DNA of 50,897 nt from an uncultured Thermoplasmatales archaeon (GTDB taxonomy: Archaea > Thermoplasmatota > E2 > DHVEG-1): NCBI GenBank assembly GCA_964628575.1, contig CAZVNH010000001.1, positions 5,791 to 56,687 on the forward strand, written 5' to 3'. The position numbers and the translations under genes were made by a program. The notes beneath the pieces are model-generated. The model was given only the letters and a program-made list of their open reading frames with translations. It was not told the DNA's origin and did no database searches. Numbering within the stretch: the stretch's first letter is position 1; the number at the start of each line of letters is the position of its first letter. This document shows positions 9,643 to 18,903 of this stretch, piece after piece.

Positions 9643-10896
9643 ATGAATGCCCGGAACATTATTTTAGGAATTGATGGAATACCTTTTGAGTTAATGGATT
9701 CTTTATCAGATAAAGGAGTTATGCCAAATTTTAAAGAACTTAAGAGTAATTTTTATTTTAAAGAGATGAAATCATCAATTCCACATATCTCTTCTGTCTC
9801 TTGGAGCTCAATTATAACTGGAAAAAATCCTGGAGAGCATGGAATTTTTGGATTTAGTGAATTAATAGAAGGAACTTACAGTCTTAGTTATCCAAATTTT
9901 AATGCTTTGAAATGTAAACCCTTTTGGCATCAACAGAATGAGAATAAACACGTGATTATAAACGTACCAGCAACCTATCCCGCAAAGATTCTTAACGGGG
10001 TTCATATAGCAGGATTTGTGGCCTTAGATTTAGAAAAAGCTGTATACCCTAAAACTTGTATTCCTAGTTTGAAACAGTTAAACTATGTAATTGATATAGA
10101 TTCAAGTTTAGCCCATAAACAATCTAAAGATATTTTATTTGATGAACTTATGAAAGTTTTAGATATTAGGAAAAATACCTATCAGTTTTTTTGGAATAAA
10201 TTAAATTGGCTTAATTTTATGGTCGTGATTACAAGTTCTGACAGATTTGGACATTTCTTATGGAACACATATGCAAATTCGGATAATAAATGGCATTCAA
10301 GAGCTGTACAATTCTTTCAAAAAATTGATGACTTCATTGGTGATATTAAGGATAAATTAAAAGAAAATGATAATTTTATTATATTATCTGATCATGGAAT
10401 GGAAGAAATAAAACAAAACATGAATTTAAATACATACCTAGAACATGAAGGTTTTCTTAAACTTTCAGATAAATACAAGAATTATAATCGTATCGCAAAA
10501 GGCACAAAAGCGTTTGTATTAGACCCCGGACGCATATATCTCAACAAAGAAGGTAAGTATCCCAATGGTTCTGTATTTAAATCCGAAGAAAAAGAAATAA
10601 TTGCAGATCTAAAAAATATCCTTTATGATTTAAAATATCAAAACCAAAAGGTAATTAGAAAAGTCCATGAAAAGAATGAAATATATAATGGGGTTAATAT
10701 TGATAAAGCACCTGATTTAGTTGTTTTAGAAAATTCTGGATTCCGTCCAAAAGGATCAATTGGAAAAGAATCTATCTTCGAAGAGGATAATTTATCAGGA
10801 ATGCACAATGATAGCGCTTTTCTTTTCATTAATAAAAAAATTAATATACAAAAACCGAACGTTCAAGATGTTATAGGTTTTTTAGGAGGAAATTAA
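9643..10896 (+). CDS. Alkaline-phosphatase superfamily enzyme, type I phosphodiesterase/nucleotide pyrophosphatase-like
   Basis: 417 aa. ILGIDGIPFE carries the metal-binding Asp. SSVSWSSIITGKNPGEHGIFGF is the nucleophile loop followed by TG..P..HG. ILSDHGME is also present. Confidence 0.7.
   Translation: MNARNIILGIDGIPFELMDSLSDKGVMPNFKELKSNFYFKEMKSSIPHISSVSWSSIITGKNPGEHGIFGFSELIEGTYSLSYPNFNALKCKPFWHQQNENKHVIINVPATYPAKILNGVHIAGFVALDLEKAVYPKTCIPSLKQLNYVIDIDSSLAHKQSKDILFDELMKVLDIRKNTYQFFWNKLNWLNFMVVITSSDRFGHFLWNTYANSDNKWHSRAVQFFQKIDDFIGDIKDKLKENDNFIILSDHGMEEIKQNMNLNTYLEHEGFLKLSDKYKNYNRIAKGTKAFVLDPGRIYLNKEGKYPNGSVFKSEEKEIIADLKNILYDLKYQNQKVIRKVHEKNEIYNGVNIDKAPDLVVLENSGFRPKGSIGKESIFEEDNLSGMHNDSAFLFINKKINIQKPNVQDVIGFLGGN
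10884..10889 (+). promoter_or_regulatory. Shine-Dalgarno-like AGGAGG 9 nt upstream of the ATG at 10899
   Basis: AGGAGG lies inside the 3' end of the preceding CDS. The gap between that stop and the next start is 2 nt, consistent with operonic translation. Confidence 0.5.
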
Positions 10897-10898
10897 GA

Positions 10899-12416
10899 AT
10901 GGATAAAATGCATAATTCTGATAAAACTTGTTGGAATTGCCCCGCAGCTAAATTAATGGGTAATGTTGACTTTAGAGCTTGTGGTCAAGCACGTGAGTTT
11001 AAAGCTGGCTTGGATGAAGAGGAAGAGATCGTTATTGAATGTCGAAGACGTCCTGAACTTGGGTATTTTGAACCTAATATCACATTTGAACAATGTCCAG
11101 AATGGATCGCTTCTGAATACGGGTATATACTAAAAAATATGAGAGTAATGATCTTAGGTATTGATGGATATTTAGGTTGGACATTAGCTTTAAAATTAGG
11201 GAAATTAGGGTTTCAAATTAGCGGACTTGATAACTACACTCGCCGTGATTGTGTAATGGAAAAAGGAGCTCATACAATTATTCCTATTGAGAGAATGACA
11301 CAAAGATTAAAAATTGCTCGTGACATTTTGGGAATAAATATTAATTTCCGCAAAATAGATCTTCTTGATGCATCAAAAGTCAGAGAGTTTTTAGAAGAAG
11401 TTAAACCTGAAGCTATAGTTCATTATGGTGAAATTCCGAGTGCTCCGTACAGTATGGCTGACTCTGAACATGCTGTTAGAGTACAAGAAAATAATGTAAT
11501 AGGAACTCTGAAACTATTATGGATAATAAAAGATGTCGTTCCTGAAACCTGTCTAATTAAATTGGGGACGATGGGAGAGTATGGATCTCCATTAACTGGG
11601 CGACCACTTTTCGAAGGCTTATTCCCTGCAGATGCTATAATCAAATGGGATGAACGCGAATGGAGTCTAGGAGGAGAAACAACGCCTAGAGATCCAGTTA
11701 GTTTTTATCATGCAAGTAAGGTTCAAGACACTTTCAATGTTTTAGAAGCTTGTAAATATTGGTGGTTACGTTCTTATGATATTATGCAAGGTGTAATTTA
11801 TGGTGTCTATACTGAAGAATTGGCTGTAGATAAGAAGTTAAGGACAAGATATGATATTGATGAATGGTTTGGTACGGTTATTAATAGATTTGTAGCGCAA
11901 GCAGTGACAGGAATACCATTAACAATATATGGACAAGGTGAACAAATCAGAGGTTTCATTGCGCTAAATGATGCAATGCAATGTATGATTAGATTAATAG
12001 TTTCTCCCCCAGAACCTGGACAATATGATGTAGTTAATCAAGTTTCCGGATTGTACAAAATTAGTGACTTAGCAGAAGCGATTGCTAAGATTGGTAATAA
12101 AAAATTTAATTTGAATGTAATGATAAAAAGAATTGAAAACCCAAGAGTAGAAGCCGATAATCATCCACTTGAAGTAGTTTCGAGAAAATTGCCAAGATTT
12201 TTTGGATTTACACCACAAATAGATTTAGAAGAAGAAATTGAGAGAATGATTGAGGTGTTACTAGAAGAAGAAATTAAAAAGCGTATTGATTTGAAAAAAC
12301 ATACAATCCTACCAGTCACTACATGGCAAGGAGAAAAACGAGAAATGAAAGAATTAGAAAAGTATGAACCTGGAACAAGAGAATCTAAAGGATATAAACC
12401 AATATTTGATACATAA
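10899..12416 (+). CDS. sqdB: UDP-sulfoquinovose synthase (SQD1/SqdB/Agl3 family) with an ~80-aa Cys-rich N-terminal extension
   Basis: 505 aa. From M81 onward (MRVMILGIDGYLGW) the sequence tracks my memory of plant SQD1 block by block: GDGYxGW, HxGExxSAPYSM, NNVIGTLxxL, KLGTMGEYG, SFYHxSKVxD, NQGVxYG, FGTxxNRFxxQA, PLTxYGxGxQxRG and NPRVEAxxH. The catalytic T (in GTMGEYG) and the Y-H-x-x-K are present. Confidence 0.85.
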   Translation: MDKMHNSDKTCWNCPAAKLMGNVDFRACGQAREFKAGLDEEEEIVIECRRRPELGYFEPNITFEQCPEWIASEYGYILKNMRVMILGIDGYLGWTLALKLGKLGFQISGLDNYTRRDCVMEKGAHTIIPIERMTQRLKIARDILGININFRKIDLLDASKVREFLEEVKPEAIVHYGEIPSAPYSMADSEHAVRVQENNVIGTLKLLWIIKDVVPETCLIKLGTMGEYGSPLTGRPLFEGLFPADAIIKWDEREWSLGGETTPRDPVSFYHASKVQDTFNVLEACKYWWLRSYDIMQGVIYGVYTEELAVDKKLRTRYDIDEWFGTVINRFVAQAVTGIPLTIYGQGEQIRGFIALNDAMQCMIRLIVSPPEPGQYDVVNQVSGLYKISDLAEAIAKIGNKKFNLNVMIKRIENPRVEADNHPLEVVSRKLPRFFGFTPQIDLEEEIERMIEVLLEEEIKKRIDLKKHTILPVTTWQGEKREMKELEKYEPGTRESKGYKPIFDT

Positions 12417-12733
12417 TGATGGAAGTTACAGATAAAAATTTTGAACAGGAAATCCTCAATTCAGAAGTTCCTGTATTAATCGAATTTTGGGCATCTTGGT
12501 GTGTTCCCTGTAAAGCTATGGAATATTTGTTAAAAGAATTGGATAAACAATATAATGGAAAAATAAAAATAGCTAAACTAAATATTGATAGACAGAGAAA
12601 AACTCCGAAAAAATATGATTTGACGGGGGTTCCAACTTTTGCTACTTTTTTAAAAGGAACCTTGAAGGAAATGGTTGTAGGGGCTCAAACAAAAAAGAAT
12701 TTAATCCTTATGATTGAAAATTTAATAAAATGA
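12416..12733 (+). CDS. trxA: Thioredoxin
   Basis: 105 aa. The active site is WCVPC, a WCGPC variant. The cis-Pro loop GVPT is present and the length is typical for the Trx fold. ATG 12416 overlaps the last base of the upstream stop TAA (12414-12416). Confidence 0.85.
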   Translation: MMEVTDKNFEQEILNSEVPVLIEFWASWCVPCKAMEYLLKELDKQYNGKIKIAKLNIDRQRKTPKKYDLTGVPTFATFLKGTLKEMVVGAQTKKNLILMIENLIK

Positions 12734-12930
12734 TGAGCAACCTTTTATCAATTTACTAAAATTCTACTTAGTATTATTTTAAGATGATATACAAAAATGA
12801 CAATTCTTAGTCTATGTAACCATCATATTTTTATATGTGAAAATAATCTTATAGGATAATCAAAAAAGGCAAAAAGATTTAAAGTATTGTAATAATAAGT
12901 AAGATTAGATCATCAAAATTAATTTGACTT

Positions 12931-14577
12931 ATGAGAGCGAACCAGGTGAATGCAGAAGAAAGTATAGAGAAAATGAACAATCTCGAACCAGATATAAGTT
13001 CCCTTAAGAGAGAAAAATTTAATAATCCCCTAATCTCAGTAGTAATACCTCTCTATAATGAAGAAAATACAATTAGAAATATAATTGAAAGGATACCTAA
13101 TCATCGACGGTATGAAATCCTTTTAGTTGACGATGGTTCAACTGATAATAGTTTAAATAATATCCAAGATATCAATAATCGAGATCTTAAGATTATTAAA
13201 CATAAAAATAATCAAGGATATGGGGCAGCAGTACTATCTGGTCTTAAGAATGCCACTGGTGATATCATTGTTACAATGGATTCAGATGGTCAGCATAATC
13301 CTGAAGAAATATCTACTATTATAAAACCAATCCTTAATCAAAAGGCAGATTTAACAGTAGGATCAAGATATTTAGGTAATGCTAATTATAGGGTTCCTCT
13401 CTATATACGTACGGGAGAATATTTTATAAGATTATGTTTAAAACTTTTATTTAAGCAAAGAGTTTATAATAACCAAAGTGGATTTCGAGCTTTTAGTTCT
13501 TCCAGCTTAAAAATATTTAATAATATTAAACAAACTAAGTTTGGATTTTGTACTGAAACTCTATTTGAAGCAGCTCACAGTAGATTAAAAATTTCTGAAA
13601 TTCCAGTTAATATGAATATGAGGAAATACGGAAGTACAAACATCAATTTATTGAAAGTCGCAATTTCAATTTCATCATGCATAATAAATTACTTTTTGAA
13701 AAGGATCAAACTAACTAAATTTAATACAAACAGAATTTCAACGAATAATCTATTATTGAAGCAAAGTAGTGTGAGTAAGCATCCATATGAAAAAGAATTG
13801 GCTCTAAAGGATAATTATATATATCCTAATTTAAAAATTGGACTTATAATTCCTGCATTTAATGAGGAATTAAATATTCGAAAAGTATTATTGAGTATAC
13901 CAAAGAATCTTTCAAATGAATTAAAAATATTAGTAATTGATGATGGTTCTACAGATAGAACTTATGAAATTGCTAAATCTTTAAATTGTATTGTTTTAAA
14001 ACATAAACAGAATAAAGGAAATGGAGCTGCAACTATAACAGGTTTAAATTATTGTAGAGAGAATGATTATGAAGTTGCAGTCATATTAGATGCTGATGGT
14101 CAACATAATCCAAAACATATTACTGATTTTATTAATCCAATAATTGAAAATAGAGTCGATTTCACAATTGGAAATCGATTTAAATATCCTTACAAGATGA
14201 ATACAAATAAGAAATTATGCTCAAAATTGATAACTGCCTTTTATTTTGTAATCTTACGGAAAAAAATATCAGACCCTACAAATGGTTATCGTGCATTATC
14301 AAGTAAAATATTTAAAAATGTAAATTTCGATTCGAATTATTCAATTACTCAAGAAATGCTATATAAAATAGTTCCTTTTTATAAGTTCAAGCAAATTCCT
14401 ATTTTAGTTAATGAAAGGAAAAATGGAGAGTCATTTATTAAATTAAATAAATACTTTTTCAAAATGGTTTTAATGCTACTTAAATATTACATATTTCCAA
14501 AATTTAGAAAAATAACAAGGAAGATTTTCAATAAAAAGATAAGAAGAATTATTACTTCTTCTGTTTTAAAAACATAA
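12931..14577 (+). CDS. Tandem GT2-GT2 fusion glycosyltransferase (two DPM1-like modules)
   Basis: 548 aa. Module 1 has ISVVIPLYNEENTI, LVDDGSTDNS, TMDSDGQH and NQSGFRAF. Module 2 has IGLIIPAFNEELNI, VIDDGSTDRT, LDADGQH and TNGYRAL. A short hydrophobic or amphipathic stretch follows each module. Confidence 0.8.
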   Translation: MRANQVNAEESIEKMNNLEPDISSLKREKFNNPLISVVIPLYNEENTIRNIIERIPNHRRYEILLVDDGSTDNSLNNIQDINNRDLKIIKHKNNQGYGAAVLSGLKNATGDIIVTMDSDGQHNPEEISTIIKPILNQKADLTVGSRYLGNANYRVPLYIRTGEYFIRLCLKLLFKQRVYNNQSGFRAFSSSSLKIFNNIKQTKFGFCTETLFEAAHSRLKISEIPVNMNMRKYGSTNINLLKVAISISSCIINYFLKRIKLTKFNTNRISTNNLLLKQSSVSKHPYEKELALKDNYIYPNLKIGLIIPAFNEELNIRKVLLSIPKNLSNELKILVIDDGSTDRTYEIAKSLNCIVLKHKQNKGNGAATITGLNYCRENDYEVAVILDADGQHNPKHITDFINPIIENRVDFTIGNRFKYPYKMNTNKKLCSKLITAFYFVILRKKISDPTNGYRALSSKIFKNVNFDSNYSITQEMLYKIVPFYKFKQIPILVNERKNGESFIKLNKYFFKMVLMLLKYYIFPKFRKITRKIFNKKIRRIITSSVLKT

Positions 14578-14835
14578 GAATAGCTTTTTCGACAAAATAT
14601 ACCAATCTAAATTTAAATTTATTAAGTATTATTTTTAAAATCTTAGCATTAGTAATGATGACGATTTTACCTATTCAACAATTTTACCTTTAATATTATA
14701 TTGAAAAAATAGAAAAAAAAAAGGAAAAACACATAATTATCTATTAATTTCGTGAATATATATAGTTAATAAAAATTTATTTAATAATCAAAAAGATAGT
14801 TTTTAATAAATAGATTATAAATTTTTTACTATACA

Positions 14836-15546
14836 ATGAGAATTATTAATTATCTAAATAAAAAAATTAATGATAATTTTCCGATTTTAATCCAGATATT
14901 TTATTCTCTTTTCAATGTTAAATATTTATTAAAACCAATGGAAGAAAAATTCTCATCTATAGTTGATAAAAATTTTTGGGGACCTGAAGAGTCATTTTCT
15001 GGAGCTGGATCAACAATTAGCAAAACAAAAACAATAAGGAAAGAATTACCAATTCTATTAGAAAAATTGGGTGCTAAATCACTGTTAGATGTTCCCTGTG
15101 GAGATTTTAATTGGATGAGAAAAGTCGATTTAAAAGTAGATAGATATATTGGAGGAGATATTGTACCTAAGTTAATTCAAGAAAATCGGAAAAAGTATCA
15201 AAATCTGCTTAGAAAATTTAAAGTTATAGACATAACTAAAGATAAACTCCCACAGGTTGATATAATATTTTGTAGGGATGGATTAGTTCATTTGTCAAAT
15301 AAAAAAATCTTCTTAGCATTAAGAAATTTTAAAGATAGTTTATCAAAATATCTTTTAACAACAACTTTCACATCACATCCTAAAAATAGAAACATAATTA
15401 CTGGAGGGTGGCGACCTTTGAATTTTCAATTAAAACCATTCTATTTTCCAAAACCAATTTCAATTATTAACGAAAAATGTGATCTCGAAGGTGGAAAATA
15501 TGTGGATAAATGTTTAGGATTATGGAAATTAGAAGATATTAACTAA
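14836..15546 (+). CDS. Probable class I SAM-dependent methyltransferase
   Basis: 236 aa. LLDVPCGDFNWM resembles SAM motif I. GGDIV and IIFCRDGLVHL follow at the spacing expected for motifs II and III. Confidence 0.6.
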   Translation: MRIINYLNKKINDNFPILIQIFYSLFNVKYLLKPMEEKFSSIVDKNFWGPEESFSGAGSTISKTKTIRKELPILLEKLGAKSLLDVPCGDFNWMRKVDLKVDRYIGGDIVPKLIQENRKKYQNLLRKFKVIDITKDKLPQVDIIFCRDGLVHLSNKKIFLALRNFKDSLSKYLLTTTFTSHPKNRNIITGGWRPLNFQLKPFYFPKPISIINEKCDLEGGKYVDKCLGLWKLEDIN

Positions 15547-15582
15547 ATTGTCATTTTTCCTAAGAACTTTATAGATTAATGA

Positions 15583-15590
15583 TTTTTTTT
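15583..15590 (+). terminator. Oligo-T run (T8) 37 nt after the stop of 14836..15546
   Basis: The T8 run is seen directly in the sequence. Oligo-T tracts act as intrinsic terminators in archaea, so this call depends on the host being archaeal. Confidence 0.35.
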
Positions 15591-15756
15591 GAAATAAATA
15601 TATCTTGTTAACCCAAAGAAAAATATTAATAAAAAAAGATTTCTTCGACAGTATGATATAACTGACAAAATATTGTAAATTCTTATTTGAAATCAATGGG
15701 GATTTACAGGGGGTATATTTTTGAGAAATCTCTTTCATCATTATAAGTTGACTGTC

Positions 15757-15772
15757 AAAAAAAAAAAAAAAA
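15757..15772 (-). terminator. Oligo-T run (T16 on the minus strand) about 30 nt after the stop of 15801..16988
   Basis: A16 on the plus strand is seen directly. It sits in a convergent intergenic region. Confidence 0.4.
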
Positions 15773-15800
15773 TTGTTAGATAAATCGTTATTTCTTTGTT

Positions 15801-16988
15801 TTAACAATTTAATACTTTTTGATATAATAATTTAAATTTTTTAATATTTTTTTCCCACATGAATTTCTCAGATAGGATTTCTAATCCATTCTTAGTTATT
15901 TTTTTGATTAAAACATCATTTTCCAATAATTTTTTGATTGATTTTACATAGCAAATATCATCTTCTTTTCTGCACAATAATCCATTATGCATATTATTAA
16001 TCAACTCTCTATTTCCAGGAATATCGCTAGCAATAATGGGTATTTCATATAAAAGAGCCTCCATTAAAACTCCTGCTAACCCTTCTCCATGACTAGGAAA
16101 AAGGAAAATGTCTGACTGATTATAAAAATTATAAACATCAAATCTTTTTCCAATAAAAAAAACTTTATTATCAATCAAAAAATCTTTAGCTAGAGAATGA
16201 AGTTTTGCTTCTTCAGAGCCAGTACCAACTATTATGAATTTAACATTATCTATTTTTAGTAATTTCGCAATTCTAAGAATAATATCTATACCCTTTCTTT
16301 TATTTAGAAGACCAATATAAAGTATAATTTTATCATTCTCGTCAAAATTTAATTCCTTTCTGATATTTATGTCTGAGGCACTCGTATTGAAATTAATACC
16401 TGTTGGGGTAATAACTATCTTTTTTAAAGGCAGCTTCGCTTTTTTCGCATATTTTAAAAAAGATTTCCCGTAAATGGTAATATTATTTGCAGAATAATTA
16501 ATCAAACGCCCCAAAGTTTTATAAAAAATTTTGAAGAGAGGATCAAGTTTATTTGATAACTTAAATGAATATCCTGGAAATGTATCCATCGTAATTATCA
16601 ATCTTTTTTTTTTAAAAAATAATAATTTAATCAAACATACAAGAATTGTATTTGGATAAAAAGGAGCCCATATATGTATTATATCATTTAATTTAAAGAC
16701 ATTCCATATTTTTTTAAAAAATTTTATATCAGTGGGTATTGGCCATAAGTATCCAGAATTATTGGTTAATACCGGATAAGAAATTAAATTAATATTTGAA
16801 TAGTTATCATAGTGTCTTGTTTTTTTTCTTTCATTATATCTTTTTTCATGAGGTGTAAAAATGGATATGGCATAATTTTCTAAGCATAATTTATTCGAGA
16901 TAAGGGCTATAGGTCTTCTAATGTTAATACCCGGATTAACATAACAAATTGATATCTTTTTTGGGAGATATTTGTTTTGGCTTTTCAT
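15801..16988 (-). CDS. Glycosyltransferase family 4 (GT-B fold)
   Basis: 395 aa. The EX7E-type block is FLFPSHGEGLAGVLMEALLYEIPIIASD. VGTGSEE lies upstream of it. Confidence 0.8.
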   Translation of the reverse strand: MKSQNKYLPKKISICYVNPGINIRRPIALISNKLCLENYAISIFTPHEKRYNERKKTRHYDNYSNINLISYPVLTNNSGYLWPIPTDIKFFKKIWNVFKLNDIIHIWAPFYPNTILVCLIKLLFFKKKRLIITMDTFPGYSFKLSNKLDPLFKIFYKTLGRLINYSANNITIYGKSFLKYAKKAKLPLKKIVITPTGINFNTSASDINIRKELNFDENDKIILYIGLLNKRKGIDIILRIAKLLKIDNVKFIIVGTGSEEAKLHSLAKDFLIDNKVFFIGKRFDVYNFYNQSDIFLFPSHGEGLAGVLMEALLYEIPIIASDIPGNRELINNMHNGLLCRKEDDICYVKSIKKLLENDVLIKKITKNGLEILSEKFMWEKNIKKFKLLYQKVLNC

Positions 16989-17066
16989 TTTATTAATGAT
17001 CTAATTTTAATTATTGATAATTAATAAGGATTTTTGATATCTATTTACAATTAAAATTAATAATTC

Positions 17067-18839
17067 TTAATTAAATACAAGGTTAAACCATTCTTCAAAT
17101 ATATATAAGCTCCACATTTTCTGCGATAAGTAAAAGTTCTTTTTATTCTGGGTCTTCAATCTATTAATTAATTTCTTAGCATATTTTTTATTATAAATTT
17201 GGTGTTTATTACTTTCTAATAAATCAGAAAATCTATCAATTAATAATTCTTTAAACCAATATTCAATTGGGACATTATAACCTCTTTTTCTTCTCTTAAT
17301 AATAGATTTGGGTAAAAAATTGCTGTAAGTTTTTTTTAAAATATATTTTTCATTCCATAAGTGAAGTTTTAATCTTATGGGAAGGTTTAAAGCAAAATTA
17401 ACCATTCTATAATCCATATAGGGGACCCTCTCTTCAAGACCGTATGCAGAACTCATTTTATCAGCTTTAAAGAAGAAATCTTCTGGCATTAATGTATTTA
17501 GGTCAAAAAACTGCATTTTTTGGAACAAATCTCCCTTATTATTCCAATAGTCATTTATACCTCTTGATTTGATTCTTAAATATTTAAGATCACTTTCCTC
17601 GAATACTCTTATTGTTTCAAGATAACCTTGATGTTCAGGCATAGATGAAAAATTTGATAACCTATTAATAATTTCGCTCTTCATATTAATTTTAGGAATA
17701 AGTTTTGATAAAAATTTTCCATAATAATAAAATTTATATTTATCATAACCTCCAAAAATTTCATCTGAACCTTCTCCTGCGAGCACAACTTTATTATATT
17801 TACTAGCTAACTCTGAGATAAGTAATGTAGGGAAAAATCCAGGATCACCAATCGGTTCATCCATATGATATATCATTTTTTCAATATTTTTTAAAACATC
17901 ATCAATAGTTATCAATAGCTCATGATGATTTGTATTAAAATAATCAGAGACTATTCTTGCATACTTTAATTCGTTTGAAACATCAAATCCTACTGAGAAT
18001 GTATTAATATCATTATTAAATTCTGAAGCAATTCCCGTTAAAATACTTGAATCAATTCCGCCAGACAAAAAACAAGCGACAGGTACATCAGCAATCATTC
18101 TTAATTTAACTGAATCAAATAACAAATGATATAATTCTTTCTTTGCTATTTTTAAATTAATTTTTCTAGTATTTAGATTCAGAGAATCATTGTATTTATG
18201 AATTTTCATTTCTTTCGTTTTTAAATTAAAAAGTAAATAATGATAAGGTTTTAATTTAGAGATCTCTCTGAAAAAGGTTTTCGGTGCTAATGAATACCGA
18301 AAAGTTAGATAATCTATAACCGCATCTAAATTTAATTTTAAATCCAAATCATATTGAAGAATTGACTTAATTTCAGATCCAAATATAAAATTTTGATCTT
18401 TAAAATAGAAATATAACGGTTTAATACCAAATCTGTCTCTGGATAGAAAAAGTATATTTTTATTAACATCATAAATACAAAAAGCAAATTGACCATTTAA
18501 ATAGGATAAACAATCAATCCCAAATTCTTCATATAAGTGAATAATCACTTCAGTATCTGTTTCTGTATAGAATTTATGCCCTTCTTTTTCTAAAAAATTT
18601 CTATGGTATTTATAATTATAAATTTCTCCATTGAAAATAATCCAAATTGAATTATCTTCATTATGCATTGGTTGTTTTCCTTGAGGAGATAAATCAATTA
18701 TAGAAAGTCTTGTATGTCCTAACGATAAATTGTCATCTATTAAACTTCCTTTATCATCAGGACCCCTGTGTTTCAAATTAGTTATCATTTTATTAATTAA
18801 ACTTCGGTCAGACCAATTAAAACCACAAATTCCACACAT
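17067..18839 (-). CDS. asnB: Asparagine synthetase (glutamine-hydrolysing) family amidotransferase
   Basis: 590 aa. The N-terminus MCGICGF carries the Ntn nucleophile Cys2. The PP-loop is FLSGGIDSS. Length is typical of AsnB. Confidence 0.9.
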   Translation of the reverse strand: MCGICGFNWSDRSLINKMITNLKHRGPDDKGSLIDDNLSLGHTRLSIIDLSPQGKQPMHNEDNSIWIIFNGEIYNYKYHRNFLEKEGHKFYTETDTEVIIHLYEEFGIDCLSYLNGQFAFCIYDVNKNILFLSRDRFGIKPLYFYFKDQNFIFGSEIKSILQYDLDLKLNLDAVIDYLTFRYSLAPKTFFREISKLKPYHYLLFNLKTKEMKIHKYNDSLNLNTRKINLKIAKKELYHLLFDSVKLRMIADVPVACFLSGGIDSSILTGIASEFNNDINTFSVGFDVSNELKYARIVSDYFNTNHHELLITIDDVLKNIEKMIYHMDEPIGDPGFFPTLLISELASKYNKVVLAGEGSDEIFGGYDKYKFYYYGKFLSKLIPKINMKSEIINRLSNFSSMPEHQGYLETIRVFEESDLKYLRIKSRGINDYWNNKGDLFQKMQFFDLNTLMPEDFFFKADKMSSAYGLEERVPYMDYRMVNFALNLPIRLKLHLWNEKYILKKTYSNFLPKSIIKRRKRGYNVPIEYWFKELLIDRFSDLLESNKHQIYNKKYAKKLINRLKTQNKKNFYLSQKMWSLYIFEEWFNLVFN

Positions 18840-18903
18840 TTTTATATCGTTTATTATAAGTATCTAATTCTATATTTTTAAAAAAATTAAATTAACACAC
18901 ATT

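Noticed and set aside
10638-10829. 63-aa minus-strand ORF
   Set aside because: It is antisense within the AP-superfamily gene 9643..10896.
11423-11644. 73-aa minus-strand ORF
   Set aside because: It is antisense within the UDP-sulfoquinovose synthase gene, whose own frame is conserved motif by motif.
15529-15807. 92-aa minus-strand ORF spanning the convergent intergenic region
   Set aside because: It overlaps both neighbouring gene ends. It includes FFFFF translated from the A16 homopolymer and has no motifs. The region is better explained as a terminator-containing spacer.
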